Positions 48,587-63,699 are shown, numbered from the stretch's first letter. The stretch is 64,000 nt of DNA from Anolis carolinensis (GCF_035594765.1 NC_085842.1:48212782-48276781); one strand, 5' to 3'. The notes: generated by a model from the sequence alone, not told the origin. Translations and numbers: made by a program.

Positions 48587-48716
48587 NNNNNNNNNNNNNN
48601 NNNNNNNNNNNNNNNNNNNNNNNNNNNNNNNNNNNNNNNNNNNNNNNNNNNNNNNNNNNNNNNNNNNNNNNNNNNNNNNNNNNNNNNNNNNNNNNNNNNN
48701 NNNNNNNNNNNNNNNN
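48587..48716. other. Assembly gap (N run)
   Basis: 130 Ns flanked by purine-rich sequence. Confidence 0.99.
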
Positions 48717-49253
48717 GTGGTGAGAGAGAGGAGGGCTTGAGAAAAGAGGGGATGCATCCAGCCCCTGGGCCTGGGCTTTACCTATATCTGATCTACACTG
48801 TAGAATTAATGCTGTTTGACACCAGTTTAACTGCCATGGCTCAATGCTATGCAATTGTAGGAGTTGTAGTTTCACAAAGTGTTTATTTCTCTCTGCCAAA
48901 GAGTGTTGGTGCCTCACCAAACTACAACTCCCTGAATTCTATAGCATTGAACTATGGCAATTAAAGAGGTGTCAAACTTCATTGATTCTACAATGTAGAG
49001 GCACTGAAAGTCTTGGTTTTATTGTGGAAAATTTATTGGCACCCAGTCTAATGTGGGACTCCAGTTTTCTCACACAGATAAAAGATGTGTGGTAGAACCT
49101 ATCTTTTTTCAAAGAGAAACCAGACTGAAAAAACAGATCTTGAATTTATTTATTCTAAGTGGTGCTCCTGTTTAGATTACTGTGGCGATTTAGAATAGAT
49201 CTGTCAACACTGAAAAGCTAATTTGTTTTGTCTTTTCTTCCTCCCAGCTCCAC

Positions 49254-49255
<2 letters not shown>

Positions 49256-49292
<37 letters not shown>
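49256..49292. repeat. (CA)n microsatellite
   Basis: Direct reading. Confidence 0.95.
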
Positions 49293-49294
<2 letters not shown>

Positions 49295-50617
49295 GTATCC
49301 AAATTAAAACAAAATGTCATGACAGGTGTGTGTGGCTTCATTAAGTAACATGGAGCCGGGTAATTAACTGAGCAGTCAACATGCCTTTAATGTAGACATT
49401 AATTAGAGCTTTTGATATAATTGCAATTAGAAAAACATACTGCAATTTGTGCCTGTTATGATCTTTCAAAAATAGGGTGAAGCTGAAATGCTAGAAAATA
49501 ATAGGCTTTTAATTCAGGCAAGTATAGATAATTGCTAGGTGGTTTCTCTGGGCTGGAAATCCGCTCTCCCATCCCCTTTCCAGCTCAGTGTGACCTCATC
49601 TATCAAACCAACCCTGTGTGTCTTTGATTCATGATTTCACAGAGATGTTCTGAATGAAAGACTGCCCCATTCTCCAAGATCTTATTCTTTACCCCATTAA
49701 AGCGGCTGGTTTTTTGCCGGCATTGTATCTGATTGAGACCAGGGGATGTTTACTGTGACCAGGAAGTGGATCATGGACTGAATTCTAATGGGTGTATTAA
49801 GGCAGGATTATTTTCCATTAGCAACTGTACCTCCTGGAGCCGTTTTTCTTCATAGCATATCTCTTAGATTATCATGGACGTTTGAGGCAGGACTAAATAA
49901 ATGAGGAGTTATTTGTGGTAGAAGCTCCCCTGGAAAGTGTAAATGAGAGCACAAACCTCTCATTTTATCTACACAGGCTTTAGCAATAGCAAAATACCTG
50001 CTGTGTAGGTGGCATTTTAGATTCTTCCCTACCATGTGGCATCTAGCAATGCCACTTGGTAATACGTTGCAGTTGTCAGACATGTTGTCGCTCAAAGGAA
50101 AGGGCAAGATGGTTTTCCACTCCCAATTCCATGAACTGGAATTTGCTGATGGGACAAAATCTCCCATTGTGATGTTTCTCAGCTGTTTGCTTTCTAAGTG
50201 TTTGGACTTCATCTTCTAGAGGTCCCTGCCAGCTTGGGTAATAGCCAGGGATTAACAACAACAACAACTTTATTTTTGTACCCCACCTCCATCTCCCCGA
50301 AGGGACTCGGGGCGGCTAACATGGGGTCAAGCCCAAACAATTAAAATACAACAAAATAAAATGCATACAAAGCTAACATAGTAAAACAGTAAATAGTAAC
50401 AAGAGCATAATAAAACATAATATAAAAACAGTACAATAAACTGGGTGTTCAAGTCCAAAACATTGAGAGGGCCAAAGTTGGAAAACCACCACTTTGAGAT
50501 CAGTAGACTAGGTGATGGTAAAGCCCTTGCTGGTGATACATCAGTGTACCTCCTTCATCAGCACAACTCACTCAGCATACCTGATAAAATGTGGATACAT
50601 ATGTAGGAGAGGGGAGG

Positions 50618-51323
50618 TGTCAGACCCCTGGCAGCTGGGCACCAAGAACCATACACGGAGGCCAGTCTCTATCTAATATCTTTATTAAGGAAATATATAA
50701 AAGCAATAAAAACAAGTGAAGAATATAGTTCAGAAGCAGACCTTTCAAATGAGGTCAAATATAGTCCAAAATGTATAGTCCAATAAATGATATTAGAGTT
50801 CAAAGTTCTTTATCCAATATCGAAACACACACTATTGCCAAGCAATAGCGTGCGGAAATGTCAGAATCTTAAGAGTCCAAGGTAGCTTGACAACAAGGCT
50901 GGAACAAGGCTGGATATAACTTGGTTCTTTAACAAGGTCCGTGACTAGGTACAAAGGTAACCCGTGAATCCTGGAACAAGGTCCGTGGTTGAAAGCAAAG
51001 CGATGCAAAACTTGAATACTTGATCCGGGAGGCAAGGAACTGGGTTACGAAGTCCACACACGATCTCACTCCTGAAGCTGATCTGTTGACTCCGCAAAGA
51101 ATCTCCCGCGCCAAACACCTATATTGGGTCTCGTTTTCCCGCCAACAATCTCTTTCCCTAGAGAACGAGAAGCGAAACCCAACTCTGTCCAGATGCAAGA
51201 CTCCTTAGAATTTCCCAAGGGAAGCAGGCCTAATCAGCCTGTTGTTTGGCAGCGATCCGTAAACTCCTCCGACTTGCTTCTCTGACTCCTCTGTCTCTAG
51301 AGTAAGATTCCCTCCTGGGAAAC
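50618..51323 (-). mobile_element. LTR fragment (Gypsy/BEL-like), 5'-truncated next to a SINE
   Basis: Minus strand ends ...ggggtctgaca; AATAAA near 50681-50686, TATA-like motif near 51120, short internal repeats (aacaaggtccgtg), CpG retained. Confidence 0.6.
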
Positions 51324-51478
51324 GGATGTTTTTACCATCCTCTTGGAGGCTTCCCCTCATGGGAAGCTAGAGCTGACAGATGAGAGCTCCCCCCGCTCCC
51401 CAAATTCGAACTGCCGACCTTTCGATATGCAGTACTGCCGGCACAAGGGTTTAACCCATTGTACCACAAGAGGCTCCA
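51324..51478 (-). mobile_element. Sauria SINE 5' fragment
   Basis: Reverse complement resembles 25815-26010. Confidence 0.7.
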
Positions 51479-54400
51479 ATGCAGAAATGAGGGGAGTTGA
51501 CTTTAAATTTGGGCCATCCCTATGCTCTCTATAGGTCCTGTAGATGCTGTCTACTTTTTTGTGTTACATTAAAAAAAAATCCGTAGTTATGAGCAATGCA
51601 AGAATTCAAACTCTGTGTGCAGGGATGCCTATCCTTTTTTGTTTCTGTTATCTTATTTTTCATGTAGTAACGTAATGAAAATTTCAGTGGTACCAATATA
51701 TCTGGTAGGTTGTATGTTGTGAGATAGGATGGGATGGGATGAAATTGTGCCCCCATTTTGGCATTTGTGGGGTGGCCCCTCCATGTCCAGCTAACACAAA
51801 GCTTCTATGCAATTTCATTATATCTTCTCTACATTTCCCCCAAAACTTTGCCATATCAGAGACTGGATGTCCATCTGTCAGGAGTGCTTTGCTTGTGTGT
51901 TCCTGTATGGCAGAATGGGGTTGGACTGGATGGCCCTTGGGGTATCTTCCAATTCCATCATTCTATCATCATCTCTATGACATCACTGTACTCTGATGTG
52001 TTGTCAGGATCCACCTTTGGGTATTTTTGGAGCAGTATTTTTCCTCTTTCTGTTCGAATCCCTAAACTGAGATATCAATATGCCCAGTCTGGCCTATAAA
52101 CATCATGTGCCTGGCACACTGCAGTGCCGGAATGAGTCTCCCACTGATATGACTCCAAATAATCTGATGTCCTAAAGTTTTGACGTATCTGGTTTCTATT
52201 TATTTGCAGAAGCTTCAAGTACATCTTCATGTTGACAGGCATTGTTCATCAGCAGAGAATGCTTCAGAATAAAGATGCAGAAGTAGAGAGTTTATCTTCT
52301 TATGCTTTCATAGTCGTTGTCGTCCTCTTTTTAAAAGTCCATATGGAATAACAGTTTGGTTTGCCCAAAGTTACACTGATTTAACTATAAATAATGCTAG
52401 TGAGAAAGAACATATCCTTACATTTTATCAGATAATGTTTCAACACTGAAAGATAGAGATATTGGTTTTTAATGGAAGTCATACTTTTAGCAGAATTGAA
52501 TGCTAAACTTCTATGTTATCACAACGATTCAGACAAGCATTAGAAACTCGCATACTGAAAGATAGCATTTTGGGGAGGAGGGGTAGAGGGTGGTAACAAA
52601 TGGGCACAGTGACTGGTTTGGGTAGATATAGTGAACTCCTGTTATGTATCCCCCCCCCCCCCCCCGACACCAAATCTGTGGATGCTCAAGTCTCATGATA
52701 TACAGTGGTATAGCATGGTATCCCTGATATAAAATGGCAAACAACTGAAACAAGTGCTAGAGAGAGTGAAATGGCATAAGATTATATAAGGGTATGCCAG
52801 CATATCAGCCTAATGCTCGGCATGCAGCAATATCAACCTTTGTTTTTAGGATTTTTATTCTGAATATTTTTGAATCATGGTCGTTAAATCTGTGGATATA
52901 GTCCTTACGGATACAGAAGACAGACTGTATTTCCTTAGAACTGATAGCTCATTTGTCTCTCTGCAACCAGTACAATTATCCTATAATAAGGATCATGTGA
53001 AATGCGAGAACTGAAATTTTCAATTTTTTTTGTTTAGAAATATTTGGAGAGTGTGATCTGTCAGTCTTTTTTCCACTGGGCACATATATTTGAATATTCA
53101 TGTATAGCATCTTATTAAGAATGGGACATTGATCCAAATTGGGACATACATACACACACTCAGTAAATTTGAGGGGTCAAAGGCAGAGCACTTGTTTTGC
53201 ATTAAGAGGATTAAGGTCTTTAGCCCTTAGTATCTTTAGCAATAGCTTGTAAACCATTTTTTGAAGCTTTGGAAAGTTGCTGGTACTGACTGTTGACAGG
53301 ACTCTATTAGATGGAATAATGGTCTGATATGGTAAAAGATCACTTCTTAGATTCCTTTGAGTATGTCAGTCTAAAAAGCACACATGAAAAATAGAGCGTG
53401 GGACTCGGAAATTTTAAAAAAGGTACATGAAATAAGATTAGAAGATATAGAATTGTGGTATACTGTACTTTGGTGAAATAAATTAGTCAAGATCGAGGTT
53501 CCTAAGGATTTTGTATTGAAATCTTGACTAATCTCTAATGACTGTGGCATTCTGGTAGACCAAAAGAGTAATATTTCCATTTGCTGTTGCTTCTAGTTTG
53601 TAAATTACCTTTTCCCGCAAAGAGCTGGTTATTGACAGAATGACAGCAATAATAACAGCTGGAAAGAAGCTGAGACCACCTGGCTGACCTCAAGTAATTG
53701 CAGTGGAGTAGTATTACTAGAGAAATAATACTCTGTCTCTGTTATCACTGCATTAATGTTGTGTCATTCAGATTTCTTTTTCTTTAGAATTGAAGATCTT
53801 ACAAGGCCTGAGTTGTCTGTGAGTAACTACTTGATGGCTCACTCTGATATGCAGTTGTGTAGTGGAGCCAAGATTCCCCAGGTCAAATCTGAGATTTTCT
53901 GAATAGCAGGGAGTATGATTTCATTTGGCATTCTCTCTGACTTTCCTGTTCTCTCTGGTTTAACTGTAGTGTCTGCAGCAACAGGAGGGGAAATTGACAT
54001 TGCTAGAAACAATTAATTGGATTGAGCTGTTCCTATTGTAATTCAAAGTACATTTTGGAATATCTTGGGGTTCATCTACACCAGTGTTTTTCAAACTGTG
54101 CTCCCCAGGTGTTTTGGATTTCGGCTCCCAGAAATCCCAGCCAACTTACCAGCTGTTAGGAATTGTGGGAGCTGAAGTCTAAAACATGTGGAGGGGGACA
54201 TTTTGAGAAACTCTGATCTACACAAACCACTTAATCTGGTGTGTTCTGAGACAGACCATAGGGGTGTTTACACTGCCTATCTCTATCTTATAGCAGTGAT
54301 TGGATGGATTCCAGACCATTCAGCCAGGCCAATCTACCCAGCCCCTTCTTTCTCCTTGGTTGCTCAGGTACCTTTTCCTTATGTAGGCAAAGTGCCCAGT

Positions 54401-57400
54401 AATGGCCAGGAGCTCCACAGAGCTCCATGCTGCTCTTCCACAGCAATGGGCACTTTGATTCATCCGGTTTGCCCTGCAATGTGGCACACAGGAAAAAGGG
54501 GGTTGTGGTGCCTGACTGTGTGGGCAGTGGACCAGTTCGAATTAGAGCTGCTATAGCTGTCCTCACTAACCCCATGAAACTCCAGAGCATTCCCAATCTT
54601 CTCCTGCCATGGATTAAAATGGGTTCACTGGTTTTACCTTACATTACAAACTAGAAGTCTCTTGATGTCATGTGGATATCCAGGAGTGATTTAGTGGATA
54701 TCCAGTAGTGCTGATTTTTATGGACCTTATATGTTTGTTTAGATAATTATGTTATTCAATTATTAATGTTATTTTCTTGTTTAATAATTTATGAGCTTAT
54801 AATGATGTTACTTTGTACTGTTTTTTTGGTTGTGTTTGCTCATTGAATAGTTGCCTTTTTTTCTTGGAAGCCACCCTGAGTTCCCTAGGGGAGATAGGGT
54901 GGCCTATAAATAAATAATTATTATATTAGTATTATTTCTGGATCAATGCTTGGTGTAGAGTTAATGAACAAGACCTGCCATCATTGAGAAGATCTCTTAG
55001 TACTACAAAAATCCCAATCCTGATGAAGATAAAAAGTGGTAAAAATGCATTCAAAGAAATAGATCAACCCACCTATCTAAATTTTTGGATTCTACATCAT
55101 GATGTGAGGATTTACAACTACATCACCACTGATGTGTTTGCAAGGCCCTTAAAAATCACATCTGCTCTTAATTGCACTCCACACTTGGTTGCATAACAAT
55201 TTCCAGGAGGCCTCCAAAACTTTGTTTAGTTGTTGCATGCTTAGGGTGTGGACACAGTTCTTTCAACTGTTTACTTGGTGATCTAGACTCTTGCCCATTC
55301 TTGGTTAACTGTTGCTTGCCAGGTCAATTATTATCAGTGCTGTGAGTCAGTGGTTTTTTAAAGAAGTAGAGCAGGTGGCTTGTAGATCCATGATATCCTA
55401 TATTGGAGTTTTCCTTATGGAATTCTTTCCCAGGGAATTGTGTTCGGGGAATTCTTTGCATGTGTTTGTAAATGGAGTGAAGAATTTGCACATATTTCCT
55501 GTGCAGGCTGCAAATGTGTGAATAACTCCACTGAAAAAAAATGAGTAAAGATGAGTAGGATCATGCTGTGTGTGCTCATAAGACTGTGGGTTATTGTTGC
55601 ATTTAGATTTAACAAGGTGTGTATTGTAAAGCCTGAATTATGCCACATTTAATTCTAAGAATACATAACTGACATACATGGTTGACAGCAGGGTGTAAAA
55701 TTTCTAGGGCTGTCTCTTGACAGATAAGCACTGTTTTGTCTAGATCTGGAATTGCTCAAGAGTGATGGGATTTAAGCTGTGTAAGGATCAAGTGAAGTTT
55801 ATCTAGTCTTCCTGGCAAACCAAAGCATTGCATCATGCTTGGTGTTTGGCCACAAAGTGTATGCTAGCTCAGATTAAGATGCTAAAAGATGTGAGCTCAT
55901 TTGGGACTTGAAACCACTGGTGCTTCCCTTGCTGTTACACATTTGGTGGCGTGTATTGAGTGATATTCTTAGCAAGTACTCTTTTAGGGCTTTTGTGTCA
56001 TGTTTTTTGAAGTGTTCAGTACAGTGTGCTGCTTAGGCAAGCTGCCAATTTGTGCTTAGGAGATAGCGTGTAATAAAGAGATTCCTCAAAGTCCCTCTGC
56101 TGTGCTTAATTCTTGTCCACAGCCATTCAGCGCTCCCTCACCCCCAAATGTGTATGGCTCTTCTCTGTTCCAGCCTGCTCCTCCCTCCTGGATAGATTCT
56201 GTTTATGGATTTCAAGTCAAAAGAGTTGAAGATATCAGAAACCATGTGTTCTAGTTTATATAATCACGCCAAGTTTGGGTTTCAAGGCTGTTTTTTGCAA
56301 GCAATTTCAACCAGCATTCCAAAGGAGAGCAGCAGTTTCATCCTATGTTTATTCACTGAGGCTGATGCCACCTGCACTTATCTTCCCCTCCTAGGCACAC
56401 AACAAGGTGATTGCAAATTTGGACATTTATATCACAGGTGATGGTCAGAATCAGAGCTTAGAAAATCTACTTTTGGGGACTAGAACTGCCCGTCCGTAGC
56501 TGATCATGCTGTCTAAGGCATTTTGGGAGTTGTAGTACAGATATGCCTCAGTTAGCAAAGTAGACGTGTTCTTTCTTTAACATAATTTGGTATGAGAGGC
56601 AGAAATAACATGGGAAGAATAGGGATATGATCCTGGTACCACAAAAAAAGAAGACACAATATATTTCAACCAACTTTTCATTCAGAACTTAACAATACAG
56701 TATCCACATTTGATATCAAACTATCAAGTTATGTAAGCCTTGCATAGATAAAGAAAAATATTTTGAACCTTTCAAAGACTTCTTGAAGACCTCTTCCAAA
56801 ATATATCCCATGATTACTTTCTTTCACCAGCCTCCACTTTTTTATGATTTTTATTTTGGTGGCCAAGCATACAGATCTATGTATTTCACATGTTAGGAGT
56901 ACTTTACAAGGCAAATACTCTTTTTCCGCTTTCCCTAACTGTTGTTTATCTTTTATTTTGTAGGCAGACACATATGGTTACAGTAGGATCAGCTAGAAAC
57001 CTATTCTTTTTCACCTCTATCTTAATTTATTTATTTACACTAGAGGTACTGCTGTAACCCAACACCAAACATCTTGTATTTCTCCAGCTCTCCTCCAAAG
57101 GTTGATGTAGCTAAAAATTATCTAGCTGAACAGAGGATGAAGAATAACAAGGGAAACATGCTGGATGTAAAAAAAAAAAAAGACCCTTTTGAAAAGGAGC
57201 TTTTTTCTCAGAAACGTTGTCAACTGAGGTTAACTTTACAACAATTAACCTTTTAGGTTCTCGTCAAAATGACAAAAAAGCCTCTAGAAAGCCTCGGGGT
57301 GGAATTTTTGAGAAATTAGGGCATCCTGGTATTACATGATATGAGGAAAAATGCTGAATTTTTAAAAAGTAGGTCACCAGATTGTTTAAAAAAATTTGAT

Positions 57401-58339
57401 GCACTTTCAAAAAAGGGCAGCCTTGTTGATTCATCTCCATTTTCCATTAAAGGCAAACTACTATTGTTATTCCAGAAGCAGCACCATTTTCAGAAATCTG
57501 TGCTATCACCTGAAACATGCATGGTTGCCCATTCCTATCTCTTTTTGTACCAGTGATGTCCACATTTTTAGTTTTTCTCTATATTCTGATCACTTTTTTA
57601 ATTATTTTCTCCTTACTAGCTTTGCTTTTGGTTAGGTGTAAATCTCAGCTCAATATAAGTTGTAGAAATGTGCAGGATTGCGCTGCTAGGCTTTATACGA
57701 GAAGCTGTCTCATACTTATAAATCTGTAGTGTTTTGTAGTGTTTAGAATCTGCGATTTAGGAGAATGAAATACCTTTTGGGCCAATCATGTTTTCTGTCT
57801 ACCTCTTTTAGCTTGACCTACCTTTTGGAGTGTTGTGAAGGTAAAGTAGGGAAGAAGAGAGCCATGTATGCTGCCTCTAATTTGATGGAGGAAATGCAGG
57901 ATAGAAAAATAATTGGTCAATTAATAGACAATATGTACATAATAACAATAGCAACATGCATACCTACATCATAAAGCATCATTAAATACATTTTTCTCAT
58001 TCCAATTTTCATTCTACAGCAGTACATGGATATGGAGAGAAATATTATTAATATTTGGGAATTAACTGTTTTATGTATTTTCTGCATGTTATATGTTAAG
58101 TTAATCAAGCAGCAAATCTATAATAATTGTTTTCTCATCTGTATGTATCGAATTCGTCACCATGAAGATGTGAGTCAGGTAATGGAAAAAACCAAATACT
58201 AAATATAGAATTTCTCATTAATTCAGAGGAAGTCCAATTTAAAAAGCTTAAAAACCCAGATGTTAGTACCTCCAGGTATCTATTGACCTGGCTTCAGTTT
58301 GTAAAAAGCCATATGGAAGAAAACGAGTTGCAACTATTA

Positions 58340-59390
58340 CACGGTGAAATAACAGTATGCCTCAGAAAAACAGTTTTCTCAAAGAAATTGGCGTAATACA
58401 CATTGACATAAAAAGGGTCCTGAGAGTCAATCATGGGAGAAAAGTAGGATATAGACCACAATTGGGTTGCAGCCGTGGTCCTTGGACCTTGGTGTACAGG
58501 AGCTCAGTGATGAGGCCAAGTCGATAGGAGTGTATCTGTTGGGTCAAACCGCTCCAGCCCTGGAGAGTCATTTGGGAGACTTTGTTGGGTTAAAGCTGTT
58601 ATTTCTGTTGGGGCAAGGCTATATGTTTGTTTATGTGAGTTGAATGGAGGCTTTTTTGCTTGCATGTTTATTAGGGCTCTATTGTTCTGGTGTGTAGCCC
58701 CAGTCCTCTACCTGATCCCCTGGTCTCAGGAGGTCAGGGAATCAAAGATTTGGTTGGAGGAGTTGTTAGCCACCACTACCTCTCTGTATAGTTGCACTCT
58801 AGTCCCTGGAGCATTCGTTGTTGAAAAGGTGCTGAACAAATGCAGAGCTTTGAGATGCTCAAGGATTATTTTAATTCATTTCTTGAATGATCATTTGGAT
58901 ATTCCACCAGAAAACTTATGTGCAACATGTGAGGAACAGGGAGAGCATTTCCATCAAGATGTTAAGGAGATAGAAGAGATACCAAGGCTGGTGCAACACA
59001 TTGAGGCTTATTGCTGGATGCTTCGTTGTGAAAATTGGGAAGTAGGGCATAAAAGAAAAAGCAACAGATGCAATTTCACTGGCAAAAGAAAAATGGGATT
59101 ACTAAGCCCTTTGAATAAGTTACAGATGTACATAACCAAGTTTTATAGCTTCTGTAAATAAATACTGTATATTCAAAACTGGTCACAAAATGGGTTTCAT
59201 GTGGTAATTTTTAATGACTAATTCCATTCAGTCACATATTACAACATAAAAATGTCAAAGCAAGTTACGCAAAAAAACAAGTTGTGATAGTGCAAATCTG
59301 AGATCATTTTTAGATTTGGAAGGCTAAATCCTATAAAACCAGCATACATTTTAAAAAGGTTTTATGACCTTCATTTTTGTAGGCCTTAAT
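58340..59390 (+). mobile_element. Chapaev (CMC)-like DNA transposon remnant
   Basis: IHFLNDHLDIPPENLCATCEEQGEHFHQDVKEIE...YCWML resembles the Chapaev3 transposase C-terminus as recalled; CAC-starting 5' end at 58340. Confidence 0.65.
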
Positions 59391-59429
59391 TGGAGAACAC
59401 CCCAACGTCCCAATGGCTTTGGTTCCAAC

Positions 59430-60125
59430 TGAAGGGAGGTCTTAAGTGGAGTGCTTTAAATTCTATCCTGGGCTCTTACTCATCAACATTTTTATCACTG
59501 ACTTAGATGGCAAGGATAGAGGGGATCTTTATGAAGTTTGTAGAAGACACAAAACTGAGAGGGGAAGCTAACTCATTGTACAATAGGAACAGAATAGGAA
59601 AGGATCCTATTACATAAATTGAGCCAAGTTAAAGAAAAAGAAATTCAATGGAGACAAATGTACATTTCTACATTGAGGCCACAAAAACCAAATGCCACAG
59701 GCATAGGATGATGGATACTTCCCTGAGCAGTATTACACATTAAAAAGATCTTGTGTTGTTTGTTTATCATAAATTGAACATAAGCCAGCAGTGTGATGTT
59801 GCAGCAAAGAATGTGAATGCTGTTTTAGCCTACGTTAATAGAAGCATAGTTTCTAAGTCAAGGAAAGCAATTGTTCCAACATATTATGCATTGATAAGGC
59901 TTCATCTCAAGTACTTAATTGACTTCTGGGTGACTTGGTTTAAGAAGGATGTAAACAAGTTTTAGGAGGTTCAGAAAAGAGTAACAAGGATGATAAATGG
60001 TATGGTAAAAAAATATGAGGAATAGCTGAAGGAGCTAGGCTTGTACAGCTTGGTGAAGAGAAGACAGGAGCCACATAATCGCATTCTTTAAATACCTCTA
60101 GGGCTGCTATAAAGGCAAGGGGGGC
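59430..60125 (+). mobile_element. Old CR1 RT fragment
   Basis: KLNISQQCDVAAK...NRSIVSKSR..IVP.Y.AL.R.HL.Y remnant. Confidence 0.8.
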
Positions 60126-62016
60126 AGGTTTTTTCTCAGAGGATTCTTTGCCTATGATAACAAGAAAACATTCATGAGGTTGCCATAAATTGACAGGCAA
60201 TTTGAAGCAATACACGTGCATACAGTAGAGGGGTGTTTTTAAGTTTTACTGTTCATTGCATGCTTTTGTGCCCAACTACAGGCTATATTAATTCTACTTT
60301 GAAATAGGTTTATTTAGCAAACTCATTTTAATTTTGGGAAAAGGTAGCTATGGGGCTAAGGATTTTCTATTTGTGTGTGAATGGATGTTCTGGTTTACAA
60401 CATCAGTTGGCTATAGATATGGTTGGTGTGTGTTGATTTCACTGTCTCAGCAAATAATTCCTGGAAGTTTCCTCACAGTTACAGCCATTCTTCTGTTTGT
60501 TGTTGTTGTTATGTGCCTTCAAATCATTTCCAACTTACGACGATCCTACGGTGAATCTGTCATGGAGTTTTCTTGGCAAGATTTCTTACGAGGAGTTTGC
60601 TTTTGTCTTCTTCTGAGGCTGAGAGAGTGCTATTTGCCCACGGTCACCCAATGCGTTTTTGTGTGGGAGTTTGAACCCTGATCTTATAGAGTCATCATTT
60701 GACACTCAAAGCGTTATAACATGCTTAATACATAGATGGAAAAGCAATAGTTAAGATACAGACCAAGGATTGCTGGTGTATCTGTCTGTGTTGCTGACTG
60801 GACAGATACTGTCTGACAATCTGTTTTTTCAATGTGCTGTTGGGATTTTCCTGGGCCTACGATGTTCAACTTACAAAAATAATTGGGGTGAAGGAATGCT
60901 CATTATGCACTTGTGTCTGAAATCCTTTGCGTTCTAGGGAATCCCCCTCCAGCCCACTCAACCTTGACAGGAGCAACGTTAAGTGCCAAGAAAGACAGCT
61001 TTGTTGGTGCTGACAATGGCAGCTTTGTGGAGTAATTCAGAGCTGGGGAAAACAGCGTTGTCTTTTCTTCTGTTTTCCTTTTATCCTTCCAGAGCATCAT
61101 CATTCTACCCCCATCTACCCTTCCTTTGTCCCATACGGGTTGTTTTTCTCTCTAGGATTCATGTTATTCCATCCTTCTCTGTATATCAGCCACCCGTCAG
61201 CATCCCTCACTGCTTTAATGCCTTCCTTCCTCTTTTAAAAACCTGGATCCCTTCACACTACACAATTATAGTGTTATTATTCCGCTTTTACTGCTGTGGA
61301 ATCCTGGGATTTGCAGTTCAGGAAGAGTACTAGTTCCTCACCAAACTAAATATCTCAGGATTACATTGTCTTCCCATATCTGTCAAAGCAATAATTTTCT
61401 AGTGTGAAAGGGCCTGGGGACTTTTGCATACCCTTTCCCCCGTGTTTGACCTACACATTCATTCTTGCACTATGAACCAACTACACTCCCAACCCTTTAG
61501 CAAATCATCTAAGCATCCAGCCTCTGCAATCCTTTGATGCTGAAGTCGTCTCTTATGCCAGTTCTATAACACCAGAGATTCTCTGCACAAATTCTCAGTA
61601 TGTACCTAACATGCAAAGGCTACCAGGGTAGAGTGGGGAAGTCACCTCAGGATGCAGATATGGGGTGGCGTGAGAGGGCAGCTCATTATTAGCTATTTAA
61701 CACATCCCTATTTACCTCAAGGGTTGGGGAGCAGCATTTAAGACATTTTCTTCCTATTGTGCTGGAAAAACTTGGTTGGTTTTAGGTGCTATATACCTTG
61801 ACTTGGATAGGAAGAGAGTGCCACTTACTGCTCTACCTCAGGCAAAACATCTTGAATTCCCCTCTCCAATTCAAGTCAGATAGAGCTGGCCAGAGGATTG
61901 GCGGGACCTAAGTCAGATGCGATATTGGGGGTGCTGCCACTGCTACCTTTTAAAAAGGAACTGGTCCAATTTGGAGCTTCAGTTCACCAGGCGTGGTCTT
62001 TTAACTTCTCCTAGAG

Positions 62017-62151
62017 CAACGGTTCTCAACCTGTGGGTCCCCAGGTGTTTTGGCCTACAAATCCCAGAAATCCCAGGCAGTTTACCAGCTGTTAGAATTT
62101 CTGAGTGTTGAAGGCCAAAACATCTTAGGACCCACAGGTTGAGAACCACTG
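62017..62151. mobile_element. Small hAT MITE
   Basis: TIR ca.ggttctcaacctgtgggtcc; 8-bp TSD tcctagag. Confidence 0.9.
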
Positions 62152-63699
62152 TCCTAGAGTTACACGTAAAGGAAAGTTCCCCTTAACTACTTAATACACT
62201 GATCTTCCAACAGTTAAGTATTTGTCATTGTTGATACAATCGAGAGGTGGATATGTGTTTAATAAAATGTAATGTCAAACCCTACCATCTGGCGGTTATA
62301 CTTTACTACATTATATTTTACTAAATACATAACCATTAATGTTTCCATTGTGCCACTGAAAATTACAGTAAAATACTGCCTCGTTCTCTCCTCATCTCTG
62401 AGGTGTACCGAGGATCACCCACTCCTTCTCTAAACTGTCCCTCATAGCTCACACCAATCCAGTACAAGTATACACCTATGCTGATGTTTGGAGCAACCAG
62501 CCTGATAATCCCTTAGTAGCCTAGATCACTGCTTTTAGAACTGTGGGCCCCGACTCCAAATTGCTCAATGTTGGGGTCCCAAAGCATCTGACAACAACAG
62601 AAGTTTTCTGAATATCACCTGATGATGATGATGATGATGATGCTTTATTTGTATCCTGCCTCCTCTCTCAAAAGGAACTCGGGGCTACTTACAACAAAAA
62701 TACAATATACATAGTAATAATCAGCAACCAAAGCATGTATGTATTCACATAAAATACATATATGTGCATTTTTAGAACCATGATTCAAAACCTCATATAA
62801 GAAAGATTTTCCATTTAAAAAGATATAACTGTGGTAGAAAACGTTAGGCCTTGATATGATAAACAGCTGCCATTCTAATCTTCTTTATGGAAGAAGCATG
62901 GACAAAGAGCATTATTGAAACATTCATCTTGATTTAGAAGTACAATTAAGGGCAGGCATAGAAGAAGCGTGCAAAAAATCAGAGCTGTAAGCAACGTGAA
63001 AGAACATTACCAATCCAATCCAAGTAACCAGCCAATTGTGCATTTTAATAATTCAGTAATTTTGCACTTAATTGGCTGGAAAGTAAATAATATTTGCATA
63101 ACTGTAGTGTGCCATTATTTATCTACTGCAGAAACAGGGGTTTAATTAAGACAAAAGTCCATGGACATTTAAGCAATTAATGAAATATATTGCCTTGCTG
63201 AAACCAGTCAGGTACTGAAAGTTAGCATCCCTTAAGGCACAAGTAGATTTATGCTGTAATATAAAATAGCAGCTATTAAAGACTATATTTTAGTTTCAGG
63301 GGGTAGAGAAGCCTTTTTTTGCCAAGGAAGCAAAGATTTCTGAGCCAAAATAATTTATTCAGATTAATGGGTTTCATTTGCATAAACAATCTCTATATGC
63401 ATCTAGTCTAAGAATTTCTGGAAAATGCTGAGTTTGTTAGTGTATTAGATAACATGTATGGTAGGACTGAAATATCAGCCCTAAAGTATCCTTTGAGGTG
63501 GAGCACGAAGTTTGGATGAGCTCTGAAACAGAGCAGGAAGGCAAAAAGAAAATAAACAATACCTTTGGCCAAATACAATACCAAGTACTGTACTAACAGC
63601 ACTGACCCAGATAGAGTTTATTTAAAAAAATCCGTATTTTAAAGGATTTTAGAGCTACAAAAAAGAAGACAATGTGAACATGAACAATAGCTAACATAT

